A DNA stretch of 32,000 bases from Paracoccus suum (GTDB lineage Bacteria > Pseudomonadota > Alphaproteobacteria > Rhodobacterales > Rhodobacteraceae), in assembly GCF_003324675.1 (NCBI RefSeq), contig NZ_CP030918.1, positions 1,860,001-1,892,000 on the forward strand. The letters run 5' to 3'. This document shows positions 1-9,172 of this stretch, one piece after another. Numbering within the stretch: the stretch's first letter is position 1; every line of letters starts with the position of its first letter. The notes below the pieces were generated by a model that was not told the DNA's origin, made no database searches, and was given only the letters and a program-made list of their open reading frames with translations. The translations under genes were made by a program, and so were the position numbers.

Positions 1-3
1 GGT

Positions 4-342
4 TCAAAGGCGCTCGGCCGGGTCGGGCTTTCCGTCCAGGCTCGAGGTCTGACCCGGCCGCGGCTCTGCCGGTGTCGCAGAATCCGCCCTCACGGCCGGG
101 GCGCCCTGCGGGTCGAGCCGGTCCAACCGGGCGCGTAGCTCCGCCGCCTCGGTGCGGGCCTTAATCGCCATCTCGCGCACGGCCTCGAAGTCCTCGCGGG
201 TAACGAAGTCGCGTTCTGCCAGCCAGCGGTCGATCCAGCCGTTGAAGGCGGTCTCGGCCTCGGACCGGGCGCCCTGGGCGACGCCCATGGCATTGGTCAT
301 CAGCTTGGACAGATCGTCGAAAATCCGGTTCTGGGTGGTCAT
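4..342 (-). CDS. ubiK: UbiK/YqiC-family accessory factor (small coiled-coil protein)
   Basis: The ORF 4..435 was trimmed to the internal ATG at 342 ([15 protein letters not shown]...). The motif [19 protein letters not shown] resembles the YqiC/UbiK core. The stop codon is at 4-6. The upstream 31 codons are Pro/Arg/Gly-rich and look non-coding. Confidence 0.65.
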   Translation of the reverse strand: MTTQNRIFDDLSKLMTNAMGVAQGARSEAETAFNGWIDRWLAERDFVTREDFEAVREMAIKARTEAAELRARLDRLDPQGAPAVRADSATPAEPRPGQTSSLDGKPDPAERL

Positions 343-488
343 GGGCGATCCTTCCTGGCGGCGGCTGCCGTGTAGCCCGGGTGGGCCTTCCGGCGATATG
401 GGCCGCGGCGGGCGGGGTTTCAATCCGGTTGACACGCCCGGCCGGCCCGCGCAGTCCTGCCCCGCCCCCGATCCGGCCGAGGACCGAC

Positions 489-1376
489 ATGATCCCGTTT
501 CCCGACATCAGCCCCGATATCGTGACCATTCCTTTGTTCGGGCGGGAGTTTCCCATCCGATGGTATGCCACGGCCTATCTCGCCGGGCTGGTTGGCGGCT
601 GGTTGCTGATCGCGCGGCTTATGCGCAGCCCCCGCCCCTGGGGCGACCGCGCCCCGTTCCGCCCCGCGCAGGCCGAGGAGCTGCTGACCTGGATTGTGCT
701 CGGCGTCGTCCTCGGCGGGCGTATCGGCTTTGTGCTGTTCTACCAGCCTGCATTCTTCCTCGCCCATCCGGCCGAGATCCTGAAGGTCTGGCACGGCGGG
801 ATGAGCTTTCACGGCGGCTTTCTGGGCGTCGTCATTGCCGCCATCATCTGGGCGCGCCGCAACGGCGTGGAAGCGCTGCGCTTGGCCGATGCGCTTGCCG
901 TCGTGGTGCCGGTCGGGCTGTTCTTTGGCCGGATCGCGAACTTCATCAATGCCGAGCTTTGGGGCCGCCCGACGGATGTTCCCTGGGGCGTGATCTTTCC
1001 CGGCGAGGCGGCACAGAACTGCCCCGGCATCGCCGCCGGCCTTTGCGCACGCCATCCCAGCCAGCTTTACGAGGCCGGGTTGGAGGGACTGGTCCTCGGG
1101 CTTGTGATGTGGGCGCTGATGGCGCGGGGCGGCTTGCGCCGGCCCGGGTTGGCACTGGGCGTGTTCTTGGCCGGCTATGGCGCGGCGCGCACCTTTGTCG
1201 AGGCATTCCGCCAGGCCGATGCGCAGTTCATCACCCCCGACAACCCGCTGGGCCATGTGATCGGCGGCCCGGTCTGGGGGCTGTCGATGGGCCAGCTACT
1301 GTCGCTACCGATGCTGCTGATCGGACTTGCGCTGATCTTGCGGGCGCGTGCCCGCCCGGCCCGCGGCCCGGCCTGA
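489..1376 (+). CDS. lgt: Prolipoprotein diacylglyceryl transferase
   Basis: The ORF 381..1376 was trimmed to the ATG at 489 ([15 protein letters not shown]...). It is a multi-TM protein carrying the Lgt signature [26 protein letters not shown] and the HGGMSFHGG motif. Confidence 0.9.
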   Translation: MIPFPDISPDIVTIPLFGREFPIRWYATAYLAGLVGGWLLIARLMRSPRPWGDRAPFRPAQAEELLTWIVLGVVLGGRIGFVLFYQPAFFLAHPAEILKVWHGGMSFHGGFLGVVIAAIIWARRNGVEALRLADALAVVVPVGLFFGRIANFINAELWGRPTDVPWGVIFPGEAAQNCPGIAAGLCARHPSQLYEAGLEGLVLGLVMWALMARGGLRRPGLALGVFLAGYGAARTFVEAFRQADAQFITPDNPLGHVIGGPVWGLSMGQLLSLPMLLIGLALILRARARPARGPA

Positions 1377-2470
1377 TGCCGACGCCGCTGGGCCGGCTGA
1401 TCGCCGCGCGGATCGCCGTGGACGGGCCGATGCGGCTGGATGATTTCATGCAGACCTGCCTGCTACATCCGCAGCACGGCTATTACGCCACGCGCGACCC
1501 CTTTGGAGCGCGCGGCGATTTCACCACCGCGCCCGAAGTCAGCCAGATGTTCGGCGAGCTTGTAGGTCTCGCCATCGGTCAGGCGTGGCGCGATCAGGGC
1601 GCGCCCGCGGACGCCGTGCTGGCAGAGATCGGGCCGGGTCGTGGCACGCTGATGGCGGACGCGCGTCGGGTGCTTGCCGCGGCGCTGGGATGGCAGCCGC
1701 CGGTGATCCTGATCGAGGCCTCGCCTCATCTGCGCGGCGTCCAGCGGGACCGTCTGGGCGCGGTGACGCATCTGGACGATGTTGCGCAACTGCCTGAAAA
1801 ACCCTTGTTCCTGATCGCGAACGAGTTCTTCGACGCGCTGCCGATCCGGCAATTCCAGAGGGTCGAGACGGCTTGGGCAGAGCGGGTCGTCACCCTCTCG
1901 CCCTCCGGCGACCTGACCCTGGCCCTTGCGCCCCCGGTGACGCTGCCGCGTAGCGCCCCAGTTGGCGAGGTGTTCGAGGATCGCCCAGGCGCGCCCGCGA
2001 TCATGACCGTGGTTGCCGAACGCATTGCCCGCCATGGTGGGGCCGCCATCATCATCGATTACGGTACCTTCGACGGGCGCGGCGACAGCCTGCAGGCGCT
2101 GCGCAGACACCGAATGGAGGGAATCCTGGACCATCCGGGCGAGGCAGACCTGACATCGCATGTCGATTTTGCCCCGCTGGCGGTGGCGGCGCGTGCCGCC
2201 GGGGCGGCGGTGTCTTCGCCTGTGCCGCAGGGGGTTTGGTTGGAATCGCTCGGCATCACCGCGCGGGCCGAACGGCTCGCCGCGGCCGGACCGGCGGCGG
2301 CCCACGCGGTACTGACTGCGCATCGGCGCTTGACCCATCCCGCAGAGATGGGTGAATTGTTCGAGGCGATGGCGATCTGGCCCGAAGGCGTCCCGCCGGT
2401 GCCGGGCTTTCAGCCGCTGGTGGCTGGCAATCCGGGCGCGGGATCCGCGGCTTTGCGCCCGCCGCGATAA
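1376..2470 (+). CDS. Class I SAM-dependent methyltransferase, MidA/NDUFAF7 (DUF185) family
   Basis: This is the C-terminal 364 codons of ORF 152..2470, starting at [62 protein letters not shown], which is typical of the MidA family. The ATG at 1376 overlaps the lgt stop by 1 nt (TGATG). Confidence 0.8.
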   Translation: MPTPLGRLIAARIAVDGPMRLDDFMQTCLLHPQHGYYATRDPFGARGDFTTAPEVSQMFGELVGLAIGQAWRDQGAPADAVLAEIGPGRGTLMADARRVLAAALGWQPPVILIEASPHLRGVQRDRLGAVTHLDDVAQLPEKPLFLIANEFFDALPIRQFQRVETAWAERVVTLSPSGDLTLALAPPVTLPRSAPVGEVFEDRPGAPAIMTVVAERIARHGGAAIIIDYGTFDGRGDSLQALRRHRMEGILDHPGEADLTSHVDFAPLAVAARAAGAAVSSPVPQGVWLESLGITARAERLAAAGPAAAHAVLTAHRRLTHPAEMGELFEAMAIWPEGVPPVPGFQPLVAGNPGAGSAALRPPR

Positions 2471-2645
2471 CCCTCCGTGTCGGTCCGGCAGCCATGTCCG
2501 GACGGCGCGCCCCGAGATGAACCGTGACGGCGCGGCCAACGGTCGAATGACCGCCGCGCCGCCCCTCCCGAGACAGCCGCGGCCCCTCGCCGCGCGCTGC
2601 GCCCAAAAGCCGCCTCTGCTGCGCGGCCCAACGACAGGACCCTGG

Positions 2646-3410
2646 ATGCAGGTCATGCTTGAAATCCTGACCCACCCTCTGCTGGGGGGCGCGCGCCACG
2701 GGTTCTTTACCCGCAAGGGCGGCGCTTCGTCGGGGTTGTATGCTGGGCTTAATTGCGGTCGCGGGTCAGACGATCAGGCGCAGGCGGTGAACGTCAACCG
2801 GGGCCGTGTGGCGGATGCGATGGGGGTGGCGCCGGACCATCTGGTAACGCTGTCGCAGGTCCATTCGGCGGATGTCGTGATTGTGACCGCGCAGACCGAC
2901 CTCGACGCGCTGCGCACCACCCGCGCGGACGCGATGGTGACAACCCAGCCCGGGATCGCGCTCGGCGTTCTCGCCGCCGACTGCCAGCCGGTCCTGCTGG
3001 CTGACCCGGCGGCCGGCGTCATCGGTGCCGCCCATGCCGGCTGGCGCGGCACCCAGGCGGGCGTGCTCGAGGCGACGGTTGCCGCCATGCGCGATCTGGG
3101 CGCGCGCGATATCCGCGCAGTGGTCGGCCCTTGCATCAGCCAGGCGGCTTACGAGGTCGGCCCGGAAATGATGGAAGCCTTCACCGACGATGATCCGGCG
3201 CTGTCCCGGTTTTTCGCAGGCGGCCCGAATGGACGGCCGATGCTGGACCTGCCCGGCATGGGCGTCTCGCGCCTGCGCGCGGCGGGGGGCGAGGCGGAAT
3301 GGATCGGGCATTGCACCTACAGCGATCCCGAGCGGTTTTTCAGTTACCGCCGCGCCACCCATCTGGGCGAGCCGGACTACGGACGGCTTATCTCGGCCAT
3401 CACCTTGTAA
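2646..3410 (+). CDS. pgeF: Peptidoglycan editing factor PgeF / YfiH laccase-domain protein
   Basis: ORF 2352..3410 carries HGFFTRKGG, LSQVHSADVV, DCQPVLLAD and AHAGWRG motifs. The start was placed at ATG 2646 (MQVMLEIL); ATG 2655 is an equally plausible alternative. Confidence 0.85.
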   Translation: MQVMLEILTHPLLGGARHGFFTRKGGASSGLYAGLNCGRGSDDQAQAVNVNRGRVADAMGVAPDHLVTLSQVHSADVVIVTAQTDLDALRTTRADAMVTTQPGIALGVLAADCQPVLLADPAAGVIGAAHAGWRGTQAGVLEATVAAMRDLGARDIRAVVGPCISQAAYEVGPEMMEAFTDDDPALSRFFAGGPNGRPMLDLPGMGVSRLRAAGGEAEWIGHCTYSDPERFFSYRRATHLGEPDYGRLISAITL

Positions 3411-3431
3411 ACGCCGGGGATCGCGCGCGGG

Positions 3432-3938
3432 TCAGATCGCTACCGCATGCGAATGCAGCGGGCCAAATGGCTCGAACGGCACGCCCGGCTCGTCCTTGGC
3501 GCAGCGGATCACCAGGCTGGTCTTGACCGAGGCGACGTTCTCGGCCGAGGTCAACTGGTTCGTCAGGAAATGCTGAAAGCTGGACAGATCGGGCGCGACG
3601 CATTTCAAGATGAAGTCGATCTCGCCGTTCAGCATGTGACATTCGCGGACCAGGGGCCAGGCGCGGGCCCGGGCCTCGAAGGCGGACAGGTCGCGCTCGG
3701 ACTGGCTGACCAGCCGGACCATGGCAAAGACCGCGACCTCGAACCCCAGCGCGCGGGGGTCGATGTCAGCGTGATAGCCGCGGATCAGCCCGGCCTCTTC
3801 GAGCGTGCGCACTCGGCGCAGGCAGGGCGGGGCGGAAATGCCGACCCGGCGCGCCAGCTCGACATTGGTCATGCGACCGTCGGCCTGCAATTCGCTGAGG
3901 ATACGCCGGTCGATCTCGTCGAGCCTCGCACCAGTCAT
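3432..3938 (-). CDS. Lrp/AsnC family transcriptional regulator
   Basis: 168 aa with an N-terminal HTH (DEIDRRILSELQADGRMTNVELARRVGISAPPCLRRVRTLEEAGLI) and a C-terminal RAM/AsnC_trans_reg-like domain. A GGAGGA Shine-Dalgarno sequence lies upstream of the ATG at 3938. Confidence 0.9.
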   Translation of the reverse strand: MTGARLDEIDRRILSELQADGRMTNVELARRVGISAPPCLRRVRTLEEAGLIRGYHADIDPRALGFEVAVFAMVRLVSQSERDLSAFEARARAWPLVRECHMLNGEIDFILKCVAPDLSSFQHFLTNQLTSAENVASVKTSLVIRCAKDEPGVPFEPFGPLHSHAVAI

Positions 3939-4105
3939 ATTGCGTCCTCCGGCGGTGAAACGTGCTGGACGGTATCGCCCGGCGGCCCTCTGCGCAATAT
4001 TCTTTCGCCCGGGCCGCTGGGGTCGGGGGAGGCGTTGCAGCCTGCGGGGCCGCGGGCTAGCACGGCAGGAACGCGCCCGATGCGCCCCCTGTTCAGGAGC
4101 GATCC

Positions 4106-5110
4106 ATGTCTGACCAGACAGCCCGCCACGTCCGCCTGCTCATCATCGGCTCCGGTCCCGCCGGCTATACCGCCGGAGTCTACGCCGCGCGCGCCATGCT
4201 GCAGCCGCTGCTGATCCAAGGCATCCAGCCGGGCGGACAACTGACCATCACCACGGATGTCGAGAACTGGATCGGCGATCTGTCAGTCCAGGGCCCCGAC
4301 CTGATGGCCCGGATGGAAGCCCATGCCCGCGAGATGGGCACCGAAATCGTCTCCGACGTCGTGACCGAGCTGGACCTCTTCAAGCGCCCGTTCCGCGCGG
4401 TTTGCGACAGCGGCTTGGTGGTCACGGCGGATGCGGTGGTCCTGGCGACCGGCGCGCAGGCCCGGTGGCTGGGGCTGGAGAGCGAGCAGCGGCTGCAGGG
4501 GTTTGGCGTCAGCGCTTGTGCGACCTGCGACGGTTTTTTCTATCGCGGCAAGCAGGTCGTGGTCGTCGGCGGCGGCAACACCGCGGTCGAGGAGGCGCTG
4601 TTCCTGACCAATTTCGCGACCAAGGTGACCCTGGTCCACCGCCGCGACAGCCTGCGGGCCGAGCGCGTGATGCAGCAGCGCCTGTTCAACCATCCCAAGA
4701 TCGAGGTGATCTGGAACGCCGAGGTGGACGAGATCCTTGGCGGTGGCCAGCCGCAGGGGGTGACGGGGGTCCAGCTGCGCTCCACCGTCGATGGGACGAC
4801 CCAGGTGCTGCCGGCGGATGGCGTGTTTATCGCGATCGGCCACGCCCCTGCCTCCGAGCTCGTCAAGGATCAGTTGGAGTTGCACGACGGCGGTTATGTG
4901 GTGGTGGAGCCCGGCAGTACTCGCACCTCGGTCCCCGGAGTTTTCGCGGCGGGCGATCTGACCGACCATATCTATCGCCAGGCGGTCACAAGCGCCGGGA
5001 TGGGGTGCATGGCCGCGTTGGACGCGGAACGCTGGCTGTCCGAGCAGGAAGCGGAGGCAGGCGTGCCCGCCGACGTGGCGCCGGCCGCGAGCGAAGTGGC
5101 AATCGCCTGA
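4106..5110 (+). CDS. trxB: Thioredoxin-disulfide reductase
   Basis: FAD motif IIGSGPAGYTAG, redox centre ACATCDG, and NADPH motif VVGGGNTAVEEALFL. A CAGGAG Shine-Dalgarno sequence precedes the ATG at 4106. Confidence 0.95.
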   Translation: MSDQTARHVRLLIIGSGPAGYTAGVYAARAMLQPLLIQGIQPGGQLTITTDVENWIGDLSVQGPDLMARMEAHAREMGTEIVSDVVTELDLFKRPFRAVCDSGLVVTADAVVLATGAQARWLGLESEQRLQGFGVSACATCDGFFYRGKQVVVVGGGNTAVEEALFLTNFATKVTLVHRRDSLRAERVMQQRLFNHPKIEVIWNAEVDEILGGGQPQGVTGVQLRSTVDGTTQVLPADGVFIAIGHAPASELVKDQLELHDGGYVVVEPGSTRTSVPGVFAAGDLTDHIYRQAVTSAGMGCMAALDAERWLSEQEAEAGVPADVAPAASEVAIA

Positions 5111-5250
5111 GCGGCGCACCGCCTGCCGCCCATCCTGACCGATGCAGGGCGCAAGCTGGGCGGATCGTCACGTTGACGCTCGGCGCCCCCCGCGTTAAGG
5201 GGCCGGGCAACCCAACCTCCCCGCGTCACGCGCTTTTTTCCGGTGTTCCC

Positions 5251-6975
5251 ATGACCCAGCCGAACCTGTCGCCGATCCCCGAACTCTATGTCAGCCCCGA
5301 CTCGGCGCAGAAACTCAAGCTTGCGGCGGGCAGCATGCCCAGCTGGGACCTGACTCCGCGCCAGATCTGCGATCTGGAACTGCTGATGAACGGCGGCTTC
5401 TCGCCGCTGAAAGGCTTCATGAACGAGGCCGACTACAACGGCGTCGTCTCGGAAATGCGGATGGCCGACGGCACCCTGTGGCCGATGCCGATCACGCTGG
5501 ACGTCAGCGAAGGTTTTGCCGGCGAGATCGAGCCGGGCACTGATATCGCCTTGCGCGATCAGGAGGGCGTAATCCTGGCCATCATGTCGGTCACCGACAA
5601 ATGGGTGCCCAACAAGAGCGTCGAGGCCGAGGGTGTGTTTGGCGCCGACGATCTGGCGCACCCGACTGTCAACTATCTGCACAACACCGCCGGCCCGGTC
5701 TACCTGGGTGGCCCGGTCACTGGCCTGCAGCCGCCGACGCATTACGATTTCCGCGGCCGCCGTGACACGCCGAACGAATTGCGCAGCATGTTCCGCAAGC
5801 TGGGCTGGCGCAAGATCGTCGCCTTCCAGACGCGCAACCCGCTGCACCGCGCGCACCAGGAACTGACCTTCCGCGCGGCCCGTGAGGCGCAGGCCAACCT
5901 GTTGATCCATCCGGTCGTCGGGATGACCAAGCCGGGCGACGTCGACCACTTCACCCGCGTGCGCTGCTACGAGGCGGTGCTGGACAAGTATCCGCAGGCC
6001 ACCACGCACCTGTCGCTGCTGAACCTCGCCATGCGCATGGGCGGCCCGCGCGAGGCTGTCTGGCATGGCATCATCCGCCGCAACCACGGTCTGACCCACA
6101 TGATCGTCGGCCGCGACCACGCAGGCCCGGGCAAGAACAGCCAGGGCAACGACTTCTACGGCCCCTATGAGGCGCAGGAGCTGTTCCGCAAGCATCAGGA
6201 CGAAATCGGCGTCGAAATGGTCGATTTCAAACAGATGGTCTATGTGCAGGAGCGCGCCCAGTACGAGCCGGCGGACGAGATCGAGGAAGGCGCGACCGTC
6301 CTCAACATCTCGGGCACCGAACTGCGCCGCCGCCTGCGCGAGGGGCTGGAGATCCCCGAGTGGTTCAGCTTCCCCGAGGTGGTGCGCGAGCTGCGTCGCA
6401 ACGCGCCGCCCCGCGCCCAGCAGGGTTTCACCGTGTTCTTCACCGGCCTTTCGGGCAGCGGCAAATCCACCATCGCCAACGCGCTGATGGTCAAGCTGAT
6501 GGAGATGGGCGGCCGTCCGGTCACGCTTCTGGACGGCGATGTAGTCCGCAAGCACCTCAGCCAGGAGCTGGGCTTCTCGAAAGAGCACCGCGACATCAAC
6601 ATCAAGCGGATCGGCTATGTCGCGTCCGAAATCACCAAGAACGGTGGCATCGCCATCTGCGCGCCGATCGCGCCCTACACCGCCACCCGCCGTTCGGTGC
6701 GCGAAATGATCGAGGCGTTCGGCGCCTTCATCGAGGTGCACGTCGCGACCTCTCTGGAAGAGTGCGAGCGCCGCGACCGCAAGGGCCTCTACAAGATGGC
6801 GCGCGAAGGCAAGATCAAGGAGTTCACGGGGATCTCGGACCCCTACGAGACGCCCGAGTCCCCCGAGCTGCGCGTCGACACCGCTGGCGTCGATGTCGAT
6901 TACGCTGCCCAGCAGGTGCTGCTGAAGCTCGAGCAGATGGGCCTGATCGGTCCGGGCAACGCGTCGGTTTCCTGA
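5251..6975 (+). CDS. sat: Bifunctional sulfate adenylyltransferase / adenylylsulfate kinase
   Basis: This is the C-terminal 574 codons of ORF 4402..6975, starting at MTQPNLSPIPELYVS. ATP-sulfurylase motifs are QTRNPLHRAH and IVGRDHAGPG. The C-terminal APS-kinase has the P-loop FFTGLSGSGKSTIA. Confidence 0.92.
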   Translation: MTQPNLSPIPELYVSPDSAQKLKLAAGSMPSWDLTPRQICDLELLMNGGFSPLKGFMNEADYNGVVSEMRMADGTLWPMPITLDVSEGFAGEIEPGTDIALRDQEGVILAIMSVTDKWVPNKSVEAEGVFGADDLAHPTVNYLHNTAGPVYLGGPVTGLQPPTHYDFRGRRDTPNELRSMFRKLGWRKIVAFQTRNPLHRAHQELTFRAAREAQANLLIHPVVGMTKPGDVDHFTRVRCYEAVLDKYPQATTHLSLLNLAMRMGGPREAVWHGIIRRNHGLTHMIVGRDHAGPGKNSQGNDFYGPYEAQELFRKHQDEIGVEMVDFKQMVYVQERAQYEPADEIEEGATVLNISGTELRRRLREGLEIPEWFSFPEVVRELRRNAPPRAQQGFTVFFTGLSGSGKSTIANALMVKLMEMGGRPVTLLDGDVVRKHLSQELGFSKEHRDINIKRIGYVASEITKNGGIAICAPIAPYTATRRSVREMIEAFGAFIEVHVATSLEECERRDRKGLYKMAREGKIKEFTGISDPYETPESPELRVDTAGVDVDYAAQQVLLKLEQMGLIGPGNASVS

Positions 6976-6997
6976 CCCGTTTGCCATCGCCGAATCG

Positions 6998-7025
6998 AAA
7001 GGGGGCCCCCGGGGCCCCCTTTTTC
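6998..7025. terminator. Intrinsic terminator between convergent sat and the glycosyltransferase gene
   Basis: AAA-GGGGGCCCCCGGGGCCCCC-TTTTT: an all-G:C palindromic stem (7001-7019) flanked by an A-run and a T-run. It is strong for the + strand (5 U) and weaker for the - strand (3 U). Confidence 0.8.
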
Positions 7026-7927
7026 TATTCCGCCGGCGCCTCTGCCGGTTCCCGCCCTCGGATGCGCGGGATCGGAATTGACGCGCTCAAGGACTGGGGC
7101 GGTTTGCGGTCGGGCCACAGGCCGTAGTGGTGGCGGAAATATTCGATGGCCAGGCTGTCCGCCTCGCGACGGCCGTGGTCCTGATAGATCATCTGGCGCA
7201 GGCCCTCGGTGCGGGCGGCCGCGGTCTCGCGCCCGCCCGGACAGCCTGCGACCAGCCAGATCGGCACGCCATTGGCGAGCATCTGGCCCGATAGCCATGG
7301 ATCATCGACGGTCCACAGCACATCCGGAATGTCCCAGGCGGTCTCGGGCAGAAAATCGGGCCGGATCATGGCGCCGCGATAGCCTTGCAGAATGTCGACA
7401 TAGCCGCTGGCAGTATAATGCCGCGGCCGCCATCGGCCGAGGCTAAGGGCGCGGCGCACCCTGTAGCCCAGTCCCTTTTCGATCCGCCGGGCGCGGGGCA
7501 AGGGGCCGCCTTCCCGCGCGGGAAAATAGCGCAAGCCCCGCGGGCGGTGCTCCAGGTCATAACCAAGGCCGACCAGGCAGGCGCGCGGGTGATCGGCGCG
7601 GGCGGCGAGGAAATGGGCCGCCCAATCGGGGGCGTATCGCTGGTCGTCATCGCAAAAAATCAGTTCGACATCTTGGCCGCGCAACTCACGCGCGGCGGGT
7701 AGCACCTTGGTCGCCGGTCCCCAGTCCTCGTCTATCAGGCACAGGCGCACGCCCTTGGGCAGCTGCGGAATCTGCGCCTCGCACAGCGGAAAGCGGCGGT
7801 GCTTGCGCGGCAGGTAGAGGCGGATTTCGTCGATGCGCGCGGTCTGGGCCAGCAGGTCGTGCAAAGTCTCGGCGATAAGCGGCAGGCGGGGCGGGATGGT
7901 AGTCAGGCTGATGACGACTGCGGACAT
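7025..7927 (-). CDS. Putative GT-A fold glycosyltransferase (orphan)
   Basis: The ORF 7025..8086 was trimmed to the ATG at 7927 (MSAVVISLTTIPPRLPLIAETL...), with a GAGG Shine-Dalgarno sequence upstream. It has an SLTTIPPR N-terminus and the DxD-like motif IFCDDDQRYAPDW. The family assignment is approximate. Confidence 0.6.
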   Translation of the reverse strand: MSAVVISLTTIPPRLPLIAETLHDLLAQTARIDEIRLYLPRKHRRFPLCEAQIPQLPKGVRLCLIDEDWGPATKVLPAARELRGQDVELIFCDDDQRYAPDWAAHFLAARADHPRACLVGLGYDLEHRPRGLRYFPAREGGPLPRARRIEKGLGYRVRRALSLGRWRPRHYTASGYVDILQGYRGAMIRPDFLPETAWDIPDVLWTVDDPWLSGQMLANGVPIWLVAGCPGGRETAAARTEGLRQMIYQDHGRREADSLAIEYFRHHYGLWPDRKPPQSLSASIPIPRIRGREPAEAPAE

Positions 7928-8113
7928 GGAACCTCGCGCGGGTGCGACTCCATGCGTGCGGCGGCGGAGGAAAAGGCGCAAGGGCTGGCGCACGCCACAC
8001 CGCCTGGCTTGCGAGAATGTGAGGAAATTGTTGAGATTCGGCGGGTTAACGCCGATGGGACTTGAGGCTCGCGCCGCCTGGCCCACGCGAGGACGGGCGG
8101 GCGGCGCGGCGGG

Positions 8114-8356
8114 TCAGTGGACGCTGACCGGGGCCAGATCGTTCTGGCGGGCCAGAACAAAGGCCATGTCGCGCTCGCGCACCAAGGCCAAGCGCTCGCC
8201 GTCGGGGCCGTGGACCGCGTAAAGGGTGGCGATTCCGGGGGCCTGCTCTCGCACGTCCTTGGGCAGTGAATCCACCGCGACCGGGCGAATGTAGACGATG
8301 TTCCCGAGCGTCTCGGGCGTGAAATCATGTTTCATGTTCATGGCGATCCCCTTCAT
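8114..8356 (-). CDS. DUF1150 family protein (Hsp20-associated)
   Basis: 80 aa, with the ATG overlapping the hsp20 stop (ATGA). Small DUF1150 genes directly downstream of hsp20 are a recurrent alphaproteobacterial pairing. The central segment IVYIRPV...LYAVHGPDGERLAL fits that family. Confidence 0.7.
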   Translation of the reverse strand: MKGIAMNMKHDFTPETLGNIVYIRPVAVDSLPKDVREQAPGIATLYAVHGPDGERLALVRERDMAFVLARQNDLAPVSVH

Positions 8357-8769
8357 GGACGGCTGATCGGAATGGTCTGGACGATCTGTTCGGGCACCCG
8401 GCGCGTCAGATCGACGTGCAGCAGGCCGTTTTCAAGGCGGGCCGACCCGACCTCGACACCATCGGCGAGCACAAAGCTGCGTTGAAATGCCCGCGCAGCG
8501 ATGCCGCGGTGCAGGAAAGTCCGGCCCTCGGCCTCTGGTTCCGTGGCCTGCCGGCCGCGCACGATCAACTGCCGATCCTCAAGCGTGATCGACAGATCGT
8601 CCTCGGCAAAGCCGGCGACGGCCAGCGTGATGCGGAACCCGTCGGGCTGGATATGTTCGATATTGTAGGGCGGATAACCCTCGGCCCCCTTGGAGGCGCG
8701 TTCGGCCAGCCGTTCCAGCTGATCAAAGCCCAGCAACGTCGGGTGGGTTGCGATGGCAATACGGCTCAT
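8353..8769 (-). CDS. Hsp20/alpha-crystallin family small heat-shock protein (IbpA-like)
   Basis: Alpha-crystallin core motifs YPPYNIE, FRITLAVAGF, LIVRG, FQRSFVLADGVEV and GLLHVDL. The start was placed at ATG 8769 (MSRIAIATHPTLLGFDQLERL). The track start at 8790 is a TTG. Confidence 0.9.
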   Translation of the reverse strand: MSRIAIATHPTLLGFDQLERLAERASKGAEGYPPYNIEHIQPDGFRITLAVAGFAEDDLSITLEDRQLIVRGRQATEPEAEGRTFLHRGIAARAFQRSFVLADGVEVGSARLENGLLHVDLTRRVPEQIVQTIPISRP

Positions 8770-8836
8770 TTCTTTCGGCGTCCTTGTCAAAGCGACTGCG
8801 GCAATGCCCCGATAGCGGCGGCATCATCGGGTTAAG

Positions 8837-8865
8837 ATATGTGAACGCACTTGCCCTGCAACAAG
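8837..8865 (-). promoter_or_regulatory. Candidate sigma-32 (RpoH)-type heat-shock promoter for hsp20-DUF1150
   Basis: The minus strand reads CTTGTT-N15-TCACATAT, compared with the E. coli-type consensus CTTGAA-N13-15-CCCCATNT. It lies about 60-70 nt upstream of the hsp20 ATG, in the most AT-rich patch of this intergenic region. Confidence 0.4.
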
Positions 8866-8968
8866 GCACAGAATTGTTAACAAGCCACGGCTCTCCGTGT
8901 AGTGTACGGTGGCCACACGCCAGCCACGGACTGCCATGCCGCCGCCCTGTTCCCCAAACGATCACGTG

Positions 8969-9172
8969 ATGTCCGCGGCCGAGATGGCCGAAGCCGAATT
9001 ACGGGTTGCACGCGCCCAGCATCGCGAGCTAGACGCGCAGATCGCCGGTCTGGCGGGGCAGGGACCGTTGTCCTGCAGCCTCGAAATGCAGCGGCTGAAG
9101 CGGCGCAAGCTGCAACTGAAAGACCGAATCGCGCGGCTCGAGGACGTGGTTACCCCTGACATCATCGCCTGA
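8969..9172 (+). CDS. DUF465 (YdcH-like) family small coiled-coil protein
   Basis: The ORF 8909..9172 was trimmed to the ATG at 8969 (MSAAEMAEAELRVARAQHRELDAQIAGL...LEMQRLKRRKLQLKDRIARLE), the characteristic DUF465 pattern. Confidence 0.7.
   Translation: MSAAEMAEAELRVARAQHRELDAQIAGLAGQGPLSCSLEMQRLKRRKLQLKDRIARLEDVVTPDIIA

Noticed and set aside
152-2470. A 772-aa ORF that would fuse a long N-terminal extension to the MidA-like methyltransferase.
   Set aside because: The first ~408 codons overlap lgt in another frame and are Arg/Pro/Gly/Ala-rich with no recognisable motif. Recognisable methyltransferase sequence begins only at the ATG at 1376, which overlaps the lgt stop.
4402-6975. An 857-aa ORF extending sat/cysC 283 codons upstream across trxB.
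   Set aside because: The extension overlaps trxB out of frame and has shadow-ORF composition (runs of R, G, A and P). Homology-like sequence starts at MTQPNLSPIPELYVS (5251).
8770-8836. A ROSE-type RNA thermometer in the hsp20 5'UTR.
   Set aside because: ROSE elements are common upstream of alphaproteobacterial hsp20 genes. However, I could not build the characteristic final hairpin pairing a U(U/C)GCU anti-SD with the SD/AUG region, only weak and mismatched pairings. A cmsearch with the Rfam ROSE models would settle it.
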